64,000 nucleotides of DNA. It comes from the human T2T-CHM13v2.0 reference genome, Homo sapiens. A program made the translations under genes and the position numbers. How positions within the stretch are numbered: the stretch's first letter is position 1; every line of letters starts with the position of its first letter. The notes below the pieces were generated by a model. It saw nothing but the letters and a program-made list of their open reading frames with translations, was not told the origin of the DNA and did not search any database. Shown piece after piece: positions 12,871 to 27,869 of this stretch. The stretch lies in assembly GCF_009914755.1 (NCBI RefSeq), contig NC_060939.1; one strand, given 5' to 3'.

Positions 12871-15493
12871 CAGTGGCAAGTGCCCATTTTTATCCAACTC
12901 AGGTGTCTCTGTGTCTCTTCTAATGCTTGACTGAGAAATATGATTGGCTCAACTTCTTCTCAGGATTGGCTCCTCTTGGGACAGTTGGGCACAGGGGCTC
13001 TGTGGGAAAACGGGAGAGTTTGCAGGCTATGTTCTCTAACAAGACAGGGAGGATTGTGGCAATGATGAACAGTTGGCACCAATATTATTGTTTTTCTTGT
13101 TTCCTACTTATTTGACTTCATTATCCCTTGACTAGCTGCCTGGATTCTTTTATTTACTTATTGGTTCAATATATTCTGAAGAAGGACAGGCAAATAAAGG
13201 AACCCTAAGAAGAGAGGAAACCAGGATTTATGTTAATTGTTAGCCACCAGTACAGCTGCACTGGTTGTTATAATTTTGTATTATATTTTGTTTATTGGTA
13301 CAATATACCTACTCACTGAGCCCCATGAATGATTTCTGTTGCCCCTACCACCCTGGTAACTCCAAGACCACCGGTGCTCCCCATGATCTAAAACCAAGGG
13401 ACACATGCCTGATAGAGCAGGGCCCTCTAAGATACTTCCCCAAAGCTATGGCCAGCATCTCATATGCCTGCTATAGCTTTTGCTGTAGCTCTCATTCTCC
13501 TTCCTTCCAATCCCTACCCACCCATTCGGTCCTGATTATCTGTTCTCTTCTGGTGGTTGGAAACAAGTTGGGTGAGAGAGAGAGGAAGAAGTCCACGTGG
13601 TATTTTCAACAACCAGGACCAACATGTTATATTGTCATAAGAACGATGGGCTGTAAAGTGCCAATGCCTGATTACAGGCTCCTGATGCATTCTTTTTAAT
13701 GTGTGCAAGTGTCTTTTTCCCTGCCTCCCTAGAAACAGTGACTATTACGGACCTTTAATATTTTTGGGCCATCTGGTGGACAAAAAGAAACGGGAGCTCA
13801 CAGTTCCAAGTTGCATTTCCTGATTATTAATGAGATTAAGCATTTAAAAATACATATGCACAAGTTACTTATTTTCTAGATATTTTCTGTTAATATCCTG
13901 TGGTAATTTTTCTATGGAGTTGTCCGAAAGGGTTTATTAAAGCAAGAGAAGATAATAGGACAGTAAATTAAAAGTATGAAGGAAGTGGTCTTTGCAAAAC
14001 ACTGTAGAAAGAGAAGTGGGAAACTGAAGGAAAGCTGTGCTAGGAAACTTATGTAATTCCGAAAAAAAATTTCTTTTTGTTGAAGAATCAAGAGAGGAGG
14101 TGCCTGTAGGTGGAATGCAAGCATTTTTCCTAGGAATAAAAAAAATGATGTCATATGACTACACCTATTTGAAAGGTTGCTAGGAAGTGTGAGTGCTGGG
14201 TCAGTGTATGATACGTGGAGAAGCAGAATAGAGACCTCCAGAAAAATGAGTTTTCTAGCATTGGAGATTGGCTACATTTTGATCATGAGGAACATGTAAG
14301 AGGAGAAATATACTCACAGGTGCTGTAGGTGCTGTACCACGTTGAGATTCATGTGTTTCAAGGTCCTCCACAGGTAAGGCAGTTGAAAATATGGATCTGA
14401 GATTGGGAGAGAGGTTGAGATAGAAAGAATAGACAGTCAGGGGAAGCATCAGGTTAGAGACACTAGAGTGTGGCCAAGGGTGACAACACAGGCTAGAAGA
14501 AAGGTTGTGGGTCAAGGACATAATGTCAAGAAAGTTTTGGAAGTTCTTTTATACCATTTAAGTTGCTTGAATTAAATTCTTGAAATTTGATACCAGATTT
14601 GAAACTGCATGACTACATTTTTCAGCACTGTATTACTTCATACAGCTTATTAATTCACAAATAATAGACTCCAGGCACTTTTGTGCTGAGGATAAAACTT
14701 TCAGAGCTTATAAAGCAGCTCTTAGATCAATAGAAGACTCCACTCTCTAGAACTATTTTTTTTCTCTCTCACTCTCTAGCTCTTCCCTGGTAACTATTCT
14801 GATTATGCATTTAAATGAAAAAGAAGGTAAAAAAGAATTCCCTGATACATTTAGCTGCCTTGAGGGATAGGAATATGCAGCAGGAAGTGTGATATGTAAA
14901 GTCTCTGTTCCTGTGTGGCCGCACATGTGAAGGTATATGCAGCTGCCCTCTGCGGAGCCTTTGTACTGGGCTTCAAAGTCATGATGCTGGAGCTCAAAGG
15001 CCTGTGGGAGTGGTGGCATCTTCCTCCTTTTGACTGAAACTCAAGTGTGAAAGTGCTTTGATAGTTGAGTTGGTGTTTAAAAATGTTGGTTCTGGTAATG
15101 CACTCTTCTGAATGGATTTTCCATTTTATAGTCTCATATTCAGAATATAACTGGAAAACACTGTTTACATGAATATTAACATGGAGAATTTGCTTTTGCT
15201 GAATCCTGAAGGCTGCTGAGGAAATGCTGAAATTGTCCACTAGGACTAGGCTGTGATAATATAAACAGCTAACAGGTATCGAGCACCTACTTTTGTACTA
15301 AGCGCTTTCTATGAATTACCTCCTGCAACCCACAAAGGCATCCGATGTAGCAGATACTCTTTTTATACCTATTGAATGCACAAGAACATTGATGCTTGGA
15401 TAAATTAGGAGTTACCCTGTGTTTGCTAGCCACAGTAGTAGACAGCAGTCGACTGTGATTTGATAAGTAAGTGTAGATAAGAAGCAAAGACAT

Positions 15494-15798
<305 letters not shown>

Positions 15799-18700
15799 AA
15801 GCAAAGACATAAAACTACCAAAAATAATAACAAAACAGAAGCGAAATGTCACAGGCAGGATGGGTAAATGGTAACTTGATACAGACCCTGAAACCCATGA
15901 ACTGGGTAGCAATGTCTGAGTTGCATTACTGTATCGAATATGGGCCATGGTTGCTTTTGCTCTTCTGTAAGAAGGCATTAAAAAGAAGATTGGTTGAGTG
16001 TTGGAAGTGGAAAAAAAGTCATTGTAAATTTAGAAAAAAAATTACATAATTTCCAACAATTCTCCACTTTTGTTACACAGCTCCAGTGGGAGTAAGTAAT
16101 AATGATTTAAAACCAACATAGTTCTGTGTATACAACACAATTCAAAAAGTGTTGCATAAAGCTTGTGAAACTTCCTTGGAAAATCTACAGTAATTATATT
16201 TTACAGAGTATTTGTAAACTCTGGTAATTACCTAAACAAAGACAAGCAAAAGACACATGAGCTATATTATGATAGAAAAGCAGGTGTGCCATTGAAATAA
16301 GGAAACTATTTGGAAAGTGTCTTAACATCCTTAGACAAATTCTCTATGCAGAGACTCTGCCTCTACTTGGGGCAATATTTTGGCTCTAGTGTTTTTGTAC
16401 AATTTTGCTAAACAAATTGAATTGCTAGAATGGATTTACAATTTTTGTTTCCCCTGGGGTGAGCTGGAAAGGATTACGGTCTAGAGTGGAAGGAGGCACA
16501 TAAAAAATAAAGAAAACAGAAAAAAAAAAAAAAGACTTCTTTTTTTTTCTCTTCCACGTTTGACTCAAAAAAGACTGAATCATGGAACAGCCATGAAAAA
16601 CTGGCTGGATTTCATCTATATATTCTGATAATTTGTGCCTATATTTTGGGTTGATGCAAGGTCAACAAAATGCAGGGACCTAGGTTTCACTGGGGTCCTA
16701 ACATTTCTGGTTCATCCTTTCAGCCATCATTTATTAAGACCTTATCACATGCCAATCCTGTGCAAAGTACTAGAGTTTGAATGACAGTGAGGAGGGAAGT
16801 ACAAGGAGACAGATGTGAATAAATAAAGTGGAACCGTAAAGAAAGGAGTCATTCGTTCTACCTGGGGATAGGGCGGCATGTCGGTGTTCATGAAGGCAGG
16901 CTTTTTGTTTTGTTTTGTTGTTGTTGTTTGTTTGTTTTAACAGGTCCACATTTCTCAGGATCATGCAGATTTCCAGAAACTACTTTATGGCCTTTTTCTA
17001 AAATACTCTGAATAAAATTATTTTTTATTTGCATTCCCTGTAAGCTTCCTGGTTTTTCTTCAGAGTTTTCCGGCTACAGATTTCAAGGGCTGGCGAATCA
17101 GTGTTCAAACCATGTTTAAAAATTCCCTTAAGTCTTTTTTTCCTTTCTGCCTGAAGTTTCACTTATTTATTTATTATTTATTTATCTTTAACTTAATTCC
17201 CTACTTTGCTCCGTTTTTTCTGTTATCTATAAAGTCCTTTTTCTGTTTCAGGATCCCGCTTAGGATACAATTTACCCATCCTCTTTCCTTAGACTTCTCC
17301 TGGCTGTGACAGTTTCTCAGACTTTATTTATTTTCTTGTAAACTGACAATCTAAAATGAGGGTGCACAGACCAATGGAGTGAGTTAGTGAAAGCTGATTG
17401 AGGCCAATGTCTTTGTGCTTGCATTCTTCTCCCTGGTGCTTAGTATTCATACACAAGTCATAAAGCCAACATGTGCTACTTAGGATTTCTATTCTACTAT
17501 CCCAGATAGCTCTTTCCTATTCTTGCGAAAGACACTGTGATGGAGACCTCACAGGAACAGGTGGGGAGGAGGTTCAATTCAGAAATTGTCAACAGACAGG
17601 TATATTCATTGATCTTCCACTATTCAGAAAACACGTACTTATGGGCAAAACCGCACGTTGAGCACTGGAGTCACACCAGTGACCAAAACAGACTTGTTTT
17701 TGTCTCATAAATAAATATGTTTTAATTATTTCTTTGTTGGTTTGGATTTGCTTGAGGTAAATGCAATTTCCCCATCCCTTTCACAACACTTGTAATGCTT
17801 TCTAAGATGTTATAGTCCATTCTTTAGATCACAGCAATAAAACATACACTCTCAACAGCTTGCTGATACCTAGGCCCCATTAAAGAAGCTTCTACAAGTT
17901 CTATTATCCACTATGACTTGACTAGAAGCTTGCTGCAAAAAGTTTTGGGCAGAGCAAAAATAGAAGAAAAATCAAAAGGGAAAAAACGAAAAGTCGGTCT
18001 CATGACCTCTTGGTCAAATTTGGAGTTGAAGTGTTCAGGTGTTTGGACTTTCCTACCTGGAGGCAGGTGGGTGCATTGTGCCATCAGCACTCTTGCTCTT
18101 CCTGGTTTTATTAGTTCAATGACCTACAAGATAAAGCAACAACGGAAAAAAAAATGGATCCAAATTCTCAAATTCCACTTCTAAAACTCTCTTGCTATGA
18201 CCTCAGGCAAGTTATTTTTGGACTTAACATTCTTCATTTGCAAATAAATTTTAAAAAAACTGATTTGGTGACAAAACTTTTGGAGTCACGGATGTCTTTA
18301 GGACTCTTGTGGAAGGTATGGACCCATACCGCCTAGGAAAATGAACAAGAATCACACACACACACACACATACACACACACATAACTTTGCACACAATTG
18401 CAAATAATTCATGGAGTTTCTAAAGCTATTCATAGGCCACCTGGTTAGAGGGTCTTTAAAGTTTAGCACTGCCTGGGATATTCGCCATTTTTGCATTTAA
18501 AATTATTTTTATGTTTTTTTTCCTCTGGATCTGAAATTGGGTCTCAAATGGCGAAAATCTGATTGTCTTGGTGATAGTAAAAATGATTTAGTGTAACTAG
18601 AAATACTTTCTAACAGAGGAATGTATCTCTACAATGTTTTGATCAATGATAAAAATCACTGATGTAAATTTTATAGTCTTTTTAAAAGACAGCATTGGAG

Positions 18701-19504
18701 TCAAAGATATTGGACTGAACATGTACATACATTTGTATTAACAAGTCATGTTACCATACAGTCCACAAAAAGAACAACTGCATTAAGGATTTAAAGAGTA
18801 ATACAACGATGTGTGCTTGGGATGGAGAAGGAATGGGTGTTTCCCAGAAGAAGAAGGAAAAAGCTTGAACAAGGCCGATGCCATGTATTGGATGATATGA
18901 AAACAGAATTTTCAAAAGTGTGTTCAGTGAAATATTAGACCCTAGAGACAGTGAGGGAAAGAAGGTTCCATGGTGAAATAATTTGAGAAGTATTACAAAT
19001 ACGTACTGGTAGAACACATTTCAGATTAGCACACTAAGGACTCTGAGAAGTTGTATAAGAGAGGAAAAACTATTAATTCTGTTTAACTTCCATTTTCCAA
19101 ATTTATTTGACAATGGGATAAATTTGTATCCACTGTATCAGCTATTAAAGCTAGTCTTGCTGAACATGCTTTTCAGAAACACACATTATGAGATGTCCTG
19201 GGGAATAAAAAAAGTTAAGAATTAATTTCTAACAAAAGAAATGATGAATTGAGAGAGCATCTGCCTGGGAAACAGGTTGAACAAATGTATATGGTATGTG
19301 TGAGAAACTGGGCAACCCTTCCCAGCTAGAGTAGAGGTAACTGAAGGTAAGATGAAGTAATACAAAGTTACATTCTACAAGGGGTATAAACAAAAAGCAG
19401 ACTAGCACTTAGATGTAGGGCATATTGCTGACAAAACCACAAAGTAGTTCTGAAATGGTGTTTTCCCTGCTGATGATCTTGGAATGTGAAGAGATTTCCC
19501 GATC

Positions 19505-19814
<310 letters not shown>

Positions 19815-20196
19815 GAGATTTCTCAATCTTTTAAGAACTTCATGTGGCTGAAAAGATCAAGAAGAGACATAAAGTCCTACTCACTCTGAACCAGCAGCAC
19901 TGAGGAAACTGATTAAGAAATTCTAGTGTATCGATAGTGGAGATCCGGATCCATTAGTTTGGTAGAGACTGAAAACAGCACTACTTTTAGAACTTGACCT
20001 GGAGCTCCATGTCCCAGTGGGAGGACACTGGGATTCCTGATGTTGGGTGTTCTATTCACTCAAAGCATCAAGAGACTTGAGCTGCCTAAGTAGGGGAGTC
20101 TGTTGATGACTTTCAGCCCTGTATTCCTGCAGACAATTAGGAAGAGGCTGCCAAACGGATATTAATAGCTTGATATAATCATAGTAATATCAATAG

Positions 20197-21140
20197 TGTT
20201 ATGAACAGGGGACAGAGAAATTCTAGGCAGAAAAGGGTGGGTCCCTGGTGAAGCCTCACCCTCAAGCTGAAAAGCCTGAGACTGTGGCCCAAAGTGACAA
20301 CGTATATCCCTTTTTTTCCACTTGAATGTTGCCTTTTCCTAAACCACCCACGGTCTGCCCTGCTCCCCTGTCCTGTGCTTATACAGACCCCAGATTCAAC
20401 TGGTAGAGGGGAGAAGCTGCTGGATGTTGGCGACTGTGGTTGGACATCGGAGAGAAGTGGCTTGACATAAGAGGGATAGCTTGATGGCCTAGCTTCGGAG
20501 AGGAATCTGGCCAGAGACAGCTGGACTTAAGGGGAAGATGACCTTCCCATCCCATCCCCTTTTCAGCTCCCCTTCCTGCTGAGAGCCATTTTCGTAGGCA
20601 ATAAATCCCCTGCATTTACCATCCTTCAATTCGTTCATGCAACCTCATTTTTCCTGGATGCCAGACAAGAGCTTGGGAGCCATGAGTGTGGATGCAAAAG
20701 GCCCTTTGCCCTCACTGGCAGGAGGCAACCGTCTTACGTGAAAAGGCAGAGGGCCCACTGAGCTGTTAACACTTAAGCAGTCCACAGACAGCAGAGCTAA
20801 AAGCACTGTAACACTCACTCTGGGGCTTCAGGGTTTGCAGGCACCCCACTAGATGCTGCCACAGGGCCTGCATGGAGTTTGCTTCCGCCAGCACCCAAAA
20901 GCACTCGCCCTGGCTCCTGCACCTGCTCACCTGCACGTTCCCTCTGCTAGGGGTGGAGCACAGCGGGTCTGAGTGAGTGGAGTTCACTCCTGCCAGCGCC
21001 AAAGCCGCTGGCTGGTTCCAGCACTCATGCACTCCTTTTCCCGCTTCATTCACTTGCATACTCCCTCCCACAAGGAGTTGAGAACTGCAGGCACCCCTGC
21101 TGTGAGTCCTGTGAAGGGGTCAAGGAAATATCCAGCTTCA
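20197..21140 (+). mobile_element. ERV1-class solo LTR (LTR1 family, LTR1D-like)
   Basis: TG...CA termini, exact 4-bp TSD ATAG (20193-20196, 21141-21144), internal AATAAA near 20600, and an LTR1-like start (acaggggacagagaaattctaggcagaaaaggg...caccctcaagc). Confidence 0.85.
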
Positions 21141-21149
21141 ATAGGTGAT

Positions 21150-21335
21150 ACTTATTGAGCTCTTAGTCTGTGTGAGGTATTGTTCTACATGTAGATTATT
21201 TCGTATTATCTTTATTATTTTTGTAGGGCAGGTCCAATTGTCTACATTTTACACAGCCCCACAGAAATACTTGCCCAAGACCATATAACATGTTTGTGAG
21301 AGAGCCACGATTTGAACCAGGTCTTCTGGCTCTGG
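21150..21335 (-). mobile_element. MIR fragment
   Basis: acttattgagctc...acttgcccaagacc...agagccacgatttgaaccaggtct. Confidence 0.6.
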
Positions 21336-24300
21336 CTTTGGGGTAAATTAGGGAGTTCTGAGGAGTGTGATTGTGATTTTTAACTCAGTCACTTTGTAGA
21401 TCGTTCAATACAGTGGGGTGCCACTTGAACCTTGGTATAGCTTTCACTTTATCTCCATGAGTAAGAGCTGATGCTAGCTCAATTGTTATGAGACCAACTC
21501 ATGCTTGAAAAAAAATGGTCACAGGGATGAATGGGGCTGGAAACATACTGATCCCAGAGATTTTGCATAGTATATAGAGAATCACTAAATCAGTGAAGCA
21601 ATAAGTGGAAGGAAATATCTTGGTAATAGATTGAGAACCTTTAGAAAATTGATGCCTTAAGTATTTCAAAGAAAATAACAAAGGTCCCTTCTCTACTTGT
21701 GAAAGAAACATTAAAGTCAGGTTTGTGACAGTTTCAACTATGAGGTTGTGGAGGGGGTGGAGGTTGGGATAAATAAGACCCTCACAGTCTCAAAGAGATT
21801 GGACCCAAGGAGTGGGTAGAAGCTAACAGAATTTTCAATGACCCATCTCAGGTGATGAAGATTGGAATTGGTGTGAAAGGGCCAGGCTGTACAACAGTAG
21901 CAGAAGTGAACTGCAGGGTGTGTTTGATAATTTAGATAAAACACACAATTCATCCAACAAGTTAGGGATGGTGTATGGGATGAAGGGATGCTGTGTTGAA
22001 ACCTTGATTTGGGTTTCCTACAAGGGCACAGATGAAAATGTTTACCCCACAACCCTAAGGGCATCATCTATAATCTGCCCACTGTATAAGGTGAGCCTAG
22101 TACTGACATGGTCATAACACCATTCTGGAATGGAATGGGACCAGTGAAAGATGAGTCACTTCCTTCCTCCTCTCTTGGTTTTCATCTGGCCATGAAAAGG
22201 ACTGAATAACAGGCATCAAGTAATTTCCAGAATTCTGTAGTAGGTCAAATTATTTTAATAGCCTGCTTTAGGGGAGATCCAGTTTTTAACCGCTCACTAT
22301 ACTTTAGCATCATTGATTACATTAGTGTTGGAAATTCAGTCTCAATAGCATGGCATTTGATGAAATAATATTTTACCAGTGTCCTTACTGGAAATCAGAA
22401 TGCTGAAAAAAAAGAGCCTATATCTCACAGAACTCTAGTATTAGTTATGTTTTGGAAAAAAAGTATATATTCAGAAAAGAAATCATCAGAAAATTATAAA
22501 ATTCCCATCTTGATTGACAAAAGTTTTATGTAGTATACACTTTATCTGAGGAGCTCTTGCTTAGAGCAAAACTGGAACTCTTTGAGAAGCATTTAAAAGA
22601 CAACTCGATTTGAGTCCCCTTCCGTCTCTTTTCCCAGATTGATACATGTGGCCTCCTACATTTAAAATGAAAAGTCCTCAGACAATCCTAATCACATTGT
22701 CAGTCAGATAGTCATCTCCTGAAAGGGGCTCCTTCACCTTTAAGGATGCATGTACAATAGTGATATGTAAGCAGCTCAAAGACTCAATACCCCTTTTTTC
22801 TGCAAAGCAAGGCTGGGTTAGGAAAAAATCAATATGTTGGAAGTAAAGGTCAGACGAGGAAAAGTGACATGAAACAGAACTAAGGGAACAATATCCTTCA
22901 TGAAGACTGTTTGAAGTTTCCTTTACCCTTGTGCTAGCTTCAGTGCAAATATATTTTATCCTAGAATAGAAGGCTGTATTCTTGAGGAAAAGTCATATTT
23001 TAAATATTTATCTATTCGGCAGCGTCCTTATTGTATATTATCCTTGTCCTATTGACTAATACTCAAAAAGAATAGCACAGAGTTTAAAGTGCACATTGCA
23101 TGTGAATTGGAATTGCCGGATTTTTTTTTCTTATACGCAATGGGATTCGAACACACATATGCATTTGGCTACTTTTTTGAACAGTTCTCAATTTACTTTT
23201 TCAAGTGGGCCAGATGTACTACTATAGCCCTTAAAAGGGTCAGGACCGTCTCCTTATTTCCCCACTCTCTATACTTATTGCTTGGGTATAGCTTTAAAGT
23301 AGCCCATGAACCCTTTTCACTCTTGCAACACATTTACCCACAATTAACAATCAAGCTGTCTTCCCTGCATTCAGGACTCCATTCTCCCGGGCCTCATTTT
23401 CCCTGCCTCTCTCTTGATCTACCATTGTGCAGAGAGCTGTTTGTGCCATCTCAATCTGCCCCCCTCACCAGCCGCACAAGGACTGGGGGGGAAGAAAGCG
23501 CCCGGCATTCAGATGCTGAATAGCAAATTGCTCTTGAGTGTCCTTGCTTCCCCCAGCTCTCCCCCTTCCTCGGGAAGGACAAGGGGGGAGCTGAAAGCAA
23601 CCATACATTTTGTTCAGTGCTCTTGAAAACAAGCGTTTCACACCTGAAGCCTTTCACAGCAGCCTAGAAGCACCCCTTCAAACCACTTAATTGCCAATTG
23701 CTTCAGAGCTCCTTGTAAAAGTCCATTATGTCAGCCAGCTCCATGGCGGAGACAAAGTATGCGAAATGAAAGAGTCCTCCTTATTCCAGGGCCAATGCCG
23801 CATTAAATATCCCCAGATCACTGGTTTTCTTGTTGTTAACAGGGCGTGATTGGCTCCCGTTGGAGGTATGCACGGAAACCTTCTAGTATTATTTGAAAAT
23901 GCAATTTTCCTTGTGTTCTTTGTCAAAATAAGATACAAATAAAAAGATATCAGAGATATCCAAGAAAGTGATCTTCACACACTGGTTTGCTGTGCTGGGA
24001 GTTGGGGTGGGGGAGGGGGTGAGTCACAACCTACAATAGTGCACCTATCAAAATGGAGTCGCCTTCTGCTTTTCTCATTAGGTTGAAAAAATTAAAGTGT
24101 GTGCAAATTCTCAAAGTTAAGAGGCTCTATCCTTGAAGTCCAAAGAAACTCACAATAAGATATTCCACAAGGAAAGCATGCTGGCCCTGAACACAATGAA
24201 ACTGCATGTTTATTCACTAGAGAATTGTTTCAAAGTTGCAGCTGTGGAAATTGATTTTAAAATGACTTGGCTTATTTGGAAGCCTGCCCCCGCCCTCTCC

Positions 24301-24660
24301 CCCCATTCTTTACTACAATTAACAACAACACAATCAATTTGATGAAGAACCACACCTGGCGGGGTATCTGAGTATTAAATGAAATATTCTTAGAGAATAT
24401 GTGTCTTGTAAGCAAGGCTGCTTCTTAACTACTAGAGAAACGGGGCTGGCCAGGTGAGGGAGACATATTAATAAAATATGATCTGGTCAAGGGTCATCAA
24501 GTCCAATGGTACACAAGTGGGGTTGATCTGTCAGGATATATTAGTTCAAGGTAGTTCTTATTAATAAACATCCTGGGTTACCGGACTTCCATTTTTGTTC
24601 TGCCAGCACTTTGAAAGCCATGGGCCTGATACAGGAGGAGTCTGAATAATCTGCGTCCAT

Positions 24661-25109
24661 TTTCATGCGCGTCCGTGTGAAGAGACCACCAAACAGGCTT
24701 TGTGTGAGCAACATGGCTGTTTATTTCACCTGCGTGCAGGCGGGCTGAGTCCGAAAAGAGTCAGGGAAGGGAGATAAGGGTGGGGCCGTTTTATAGGATT
24801 TGGGTAGGTAAAGGAAAATGACAGTCAAAGGGGGTTTGTTCTCTGGTGGGTAGGAGTGGGGGTCGCAAGGTGCTCAGTGGGGGAGCTTTTTGAGCCAGGA
24901 TGAGCCAGGAAAAGGACTTTCACAAGGTAATGTCATCAGTTAAGGCAAGGACTGGCCATTTACACTTCTTTTGGGATGGAATGTCATCAGTTAAGGTGGG
25001 GCAGGGCATATTCACTTCTTTTGTGATTCTTTAGTTACTTCAGGCCATCTGGGCGTATACATGCAGGTAACGGGATGTGATGGCTTGGCTTGGGCTCAGA
25101 GGCCTGGCA
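24661..25109 (-). promoter_or_regulatory. HERV-H 3' LTR (LTR7); polyadenylation signal AATAAA at 24720-24725
   Basis: Copy of the 5' LTR, preceded on the minus strand by the PPT. Confidence 0.96.
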
Positions 25110-25122
25110 TTCCTGCCTTCTT
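25110..25122 (-). other. Polypurine tract
   Basis: Minus strand AAGAAGGCAGGAA directly abuts the 3' LTR. Confidence 0.85.
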
Positions 25123-25719
25123 AATAAGAAAAATAAAATAGTGTTGAAGTGTTGGGGCGGCGAAAATTTTTGGGGGGTGGTATGGAGAGAGAATGGGCGA
25201 TGTTTCTCAGGGCTGCTTCAAGCGGGATTAGGGGCGGTGTGGGAACCTAGAGTGGGAGAGATTAAGCTGAAGGGAGATCTTGTGGTAAGGGGTGATACTG
25301 TGGGGTTGTTAGAAGAAACATTTGTTGTATAGAATGATTGGTGATGGCCTGGATACGGTTTTGTATGAACTGAAAAACTAAATGGAATAAGAAGGAGAAA
25401 AACTGGTATAAAAGGTCTAAGAATTGGGAGGACCTAAGACATCTGATTAGAGAGTGCCTAAGGAGATTCAGCATAGTCCTGCCAGCAAAGATTATTTATT
25501 TACTTCAAGAGTTCAGAGTGGCGGTTTGGGGATAGCACGAGGAGATATCAGCTGTGATGGCTTGGATAAACAGTGTAAACCGGCAGTGTAAACAAGAGCA
25601 GGGCATGTATGAGTAGTTGAGAACGGAGAAGAGGAGTATGACTAGACAGAAGATAGTAGGGATGACAAATATTTTTTGGGGCACAGTCTAAGTTGGTCCG
25701 GTGTCTGGAATGAGACTAG

Positions 25720-27440
25720 GGCCTAATAAAAAGGAGCATCTATACAGGAGCTTAAATGGGCTGTACTTTGTAGCATTCCGAGGACAGGCCTGAAAGCTTG
25801 GTGAGATGTGTTTTTAAAAGACCTTCAGTCCATTCTACCTTTCTTGAAAATGGAGGACTGTAAGGGATATAAAGGTTTCACTGAATACTAAGAGCCTGAA
25901 AAACTGCTTGGCTGATTTGACTAATAAAGGCTCATCTGTTATCAGACTGTATTGAGGTGGGAAGGCTAAACTGAGGAATTATGTCTGACAGAACAGAAGA
26001 AATGACTGTGGTGGCCTTCTCAGACCCTGTAGGAAAGGCCTCTACCTATCCAGTGAAAGTATCTACCTAGACTAAGAGGTATTTTAGTTTTCTGACTCAG
26101 GGCATGTTGAGTAAAGCTAATTTGCCAGTCCTGGGTGGGGCAAATCCTGGAGCTTGATGTGTAGGGAAGGGAGGGGGCCTGAATAATCCCTGAGGAGTGG
26201 TAGAATAGCAGATGGAACACTGAGAAGTTATTTCCTTGAGGATAGATTTCCACGATGGAAAGGAAATGGGAGGTTCTGAGAGGTGGGCTAGTGGCTTGTA
26301 CTATAGCATAGCCTGCCTTTGCTGGTATGTGGCGATTAGGCCTGGTGGAACTGCCATCAATAAATCAAGTGTGATCAGGGTGAGGAACAGGAAAGAAGGA
26401 AATATGGGGAAATGGGGTGAATATCAGGTGGATCAGAGAGATACAGTCATGGGGGTCAGGTGTGGTATCAGGAATAATGTGGGAGGCCGGATTGAAGTCT
26501 GGGCCAGGAACAACGGTAATTGTGGGAGACTCAGCAAAGAGTGAGTACAGCTGAAGGAGCCGGGAAGCAGAAAGTATATGCATCAGGTATGAGGAAGAAA
26601 ATAGATTTTGGAAGTTATGAGAACTGTAGAGAGTGAGTTGAGCATAGTTTGTGATTTTGAGGGCCTCTAAAAGTATTAAATCAGCGGCAGCTGCTGCATG
26701 CAGACGTGAGGGCTAGGCTAAAACAGTAAGGTCAAGTTGTTTGGACAGAAAGGCTACAGGGTGTGGTCCTGGCTCTTGTGTAAGAATTCTGAACACGCTA
26801 ACCATGCCTAGGAAGGAAAGGAGTTGTTGTTTTGTAGAAAATGCTTGGGTTTGAGAGATCAGTCGGACACGATTGGCAGGGAGAGCACATGTGTTTTTAT
26901 GAGAATTATGCCGAGATAGGTAACAGTTGAGGAAGAAATTTGGGCTTGATTGAAGTAATGGGGGCTGTCTGTGAAGCTTTGCGGCAGTACAGCCTAGGTA
27001 ATTTGCTGAGCTTGATGGGTGTCAGGGTCAGTCCAAGTGAAAGCAAAGAGAGGCTGGGATGAAGGGTGCAAAGGAATAGTAAAGAAAGCATGTTTGAGAT
27101 CCAGAACAGAATAATGGGTTGTAGAGGCAGGTATTGAGGATAGGAGAGTATATGGGTTTGACACCACTGGGTGGATAGGCAAAACAATTTTGTTGATAAG
27201 GCGCAGATCCTGAACTAACTTGTAAGGCTTGTCTGGTTTTAGGACAGGTAAAATGGGGGAATTGTAAGGAGAGTTTATAGGCTTTAAAAGGCCATGCTGT
27301 AGCGGGCGAGTTATAACAGGCTTTAATCTTTTTAAAGTGTGCTGCGGGATGGGATATTGGCATTGAGTGGGGTAAGGGTGCTTAGGTTTTAATGAGATGC
27401 TAAGGGGTGCATGATCGGTCACCAAGGAGGGAGTAGAGGT
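25720..27440 (-). pseudogene. pol: HERV-H pol remnant (RT with YxDD deleted, RNase H, integrase; stops and frameshifts)
   Basis: ORF 26994..27425 carries SPYNSPILPVLKPD...VQDLR...LDLKHAFFTIPL. It continues *AVLPQSFTDSPHYFNQAQISSSTVTYLG with no YxDD. The RNase H start *FIDGSS lies near 26350 and integrase QDWQI near 26120. Confidence 0.9.
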
Positions 27441-27479
27441 ATCTTATACTTGTGGGTTAAGGTCGGGGGATACAAGAGG

Positions 27480-27869
27480 AGGACGCAAAGGAGGCTTTGG
27501 ATTGGGAAGAAGGGCGGCAATGAGATATAGCCGTAGTCCAGGAATAGTCAGGGAAGCAGATAATTTAGTTAAAGTGTCTCAGCCTAATAAGGGAGCTGGG
27601 CAGGTGGGGATAATGAAAAAGGAGTGCTTAAAAGAGTATTGTCTAAGTTGGCACCAGAGTTGGGGAGTTTTAAGAGGTTTAGAAGCCTGGCCGTCAATAC
27701 CCACAACAGTTATGGAGGCAAGGGAAACAGGCCCTTGAAAAGAAGGTAATGTGGAGTGGGTAGCCTCCGTATTGATTAAGAAGGGGACGGGTTTACCTTC
27801 CACTGTGAGAGTTACCCGAAGCTCGGCGTCCGTGATGGTCTAGGGGGCTTCCGAGGCGATCGGGCAGCG
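27480..27869 (-). pseudogene. pro: HERV-H protease remnant (catalytic Asp absent: LINTEA in place of DTGA)
   Basis: ORF 27579..27803 reads VPFLINTEATHSTLP...VVGIDG...PLLG. Confidence 0.85.

Noticed and set aside
14941-14958. CTCF-like motif (a second one at ~59887-59905)
   Set aside because: Each has two mismatches in the core consensus and cannot be supported without a PWM score or ChIP data.
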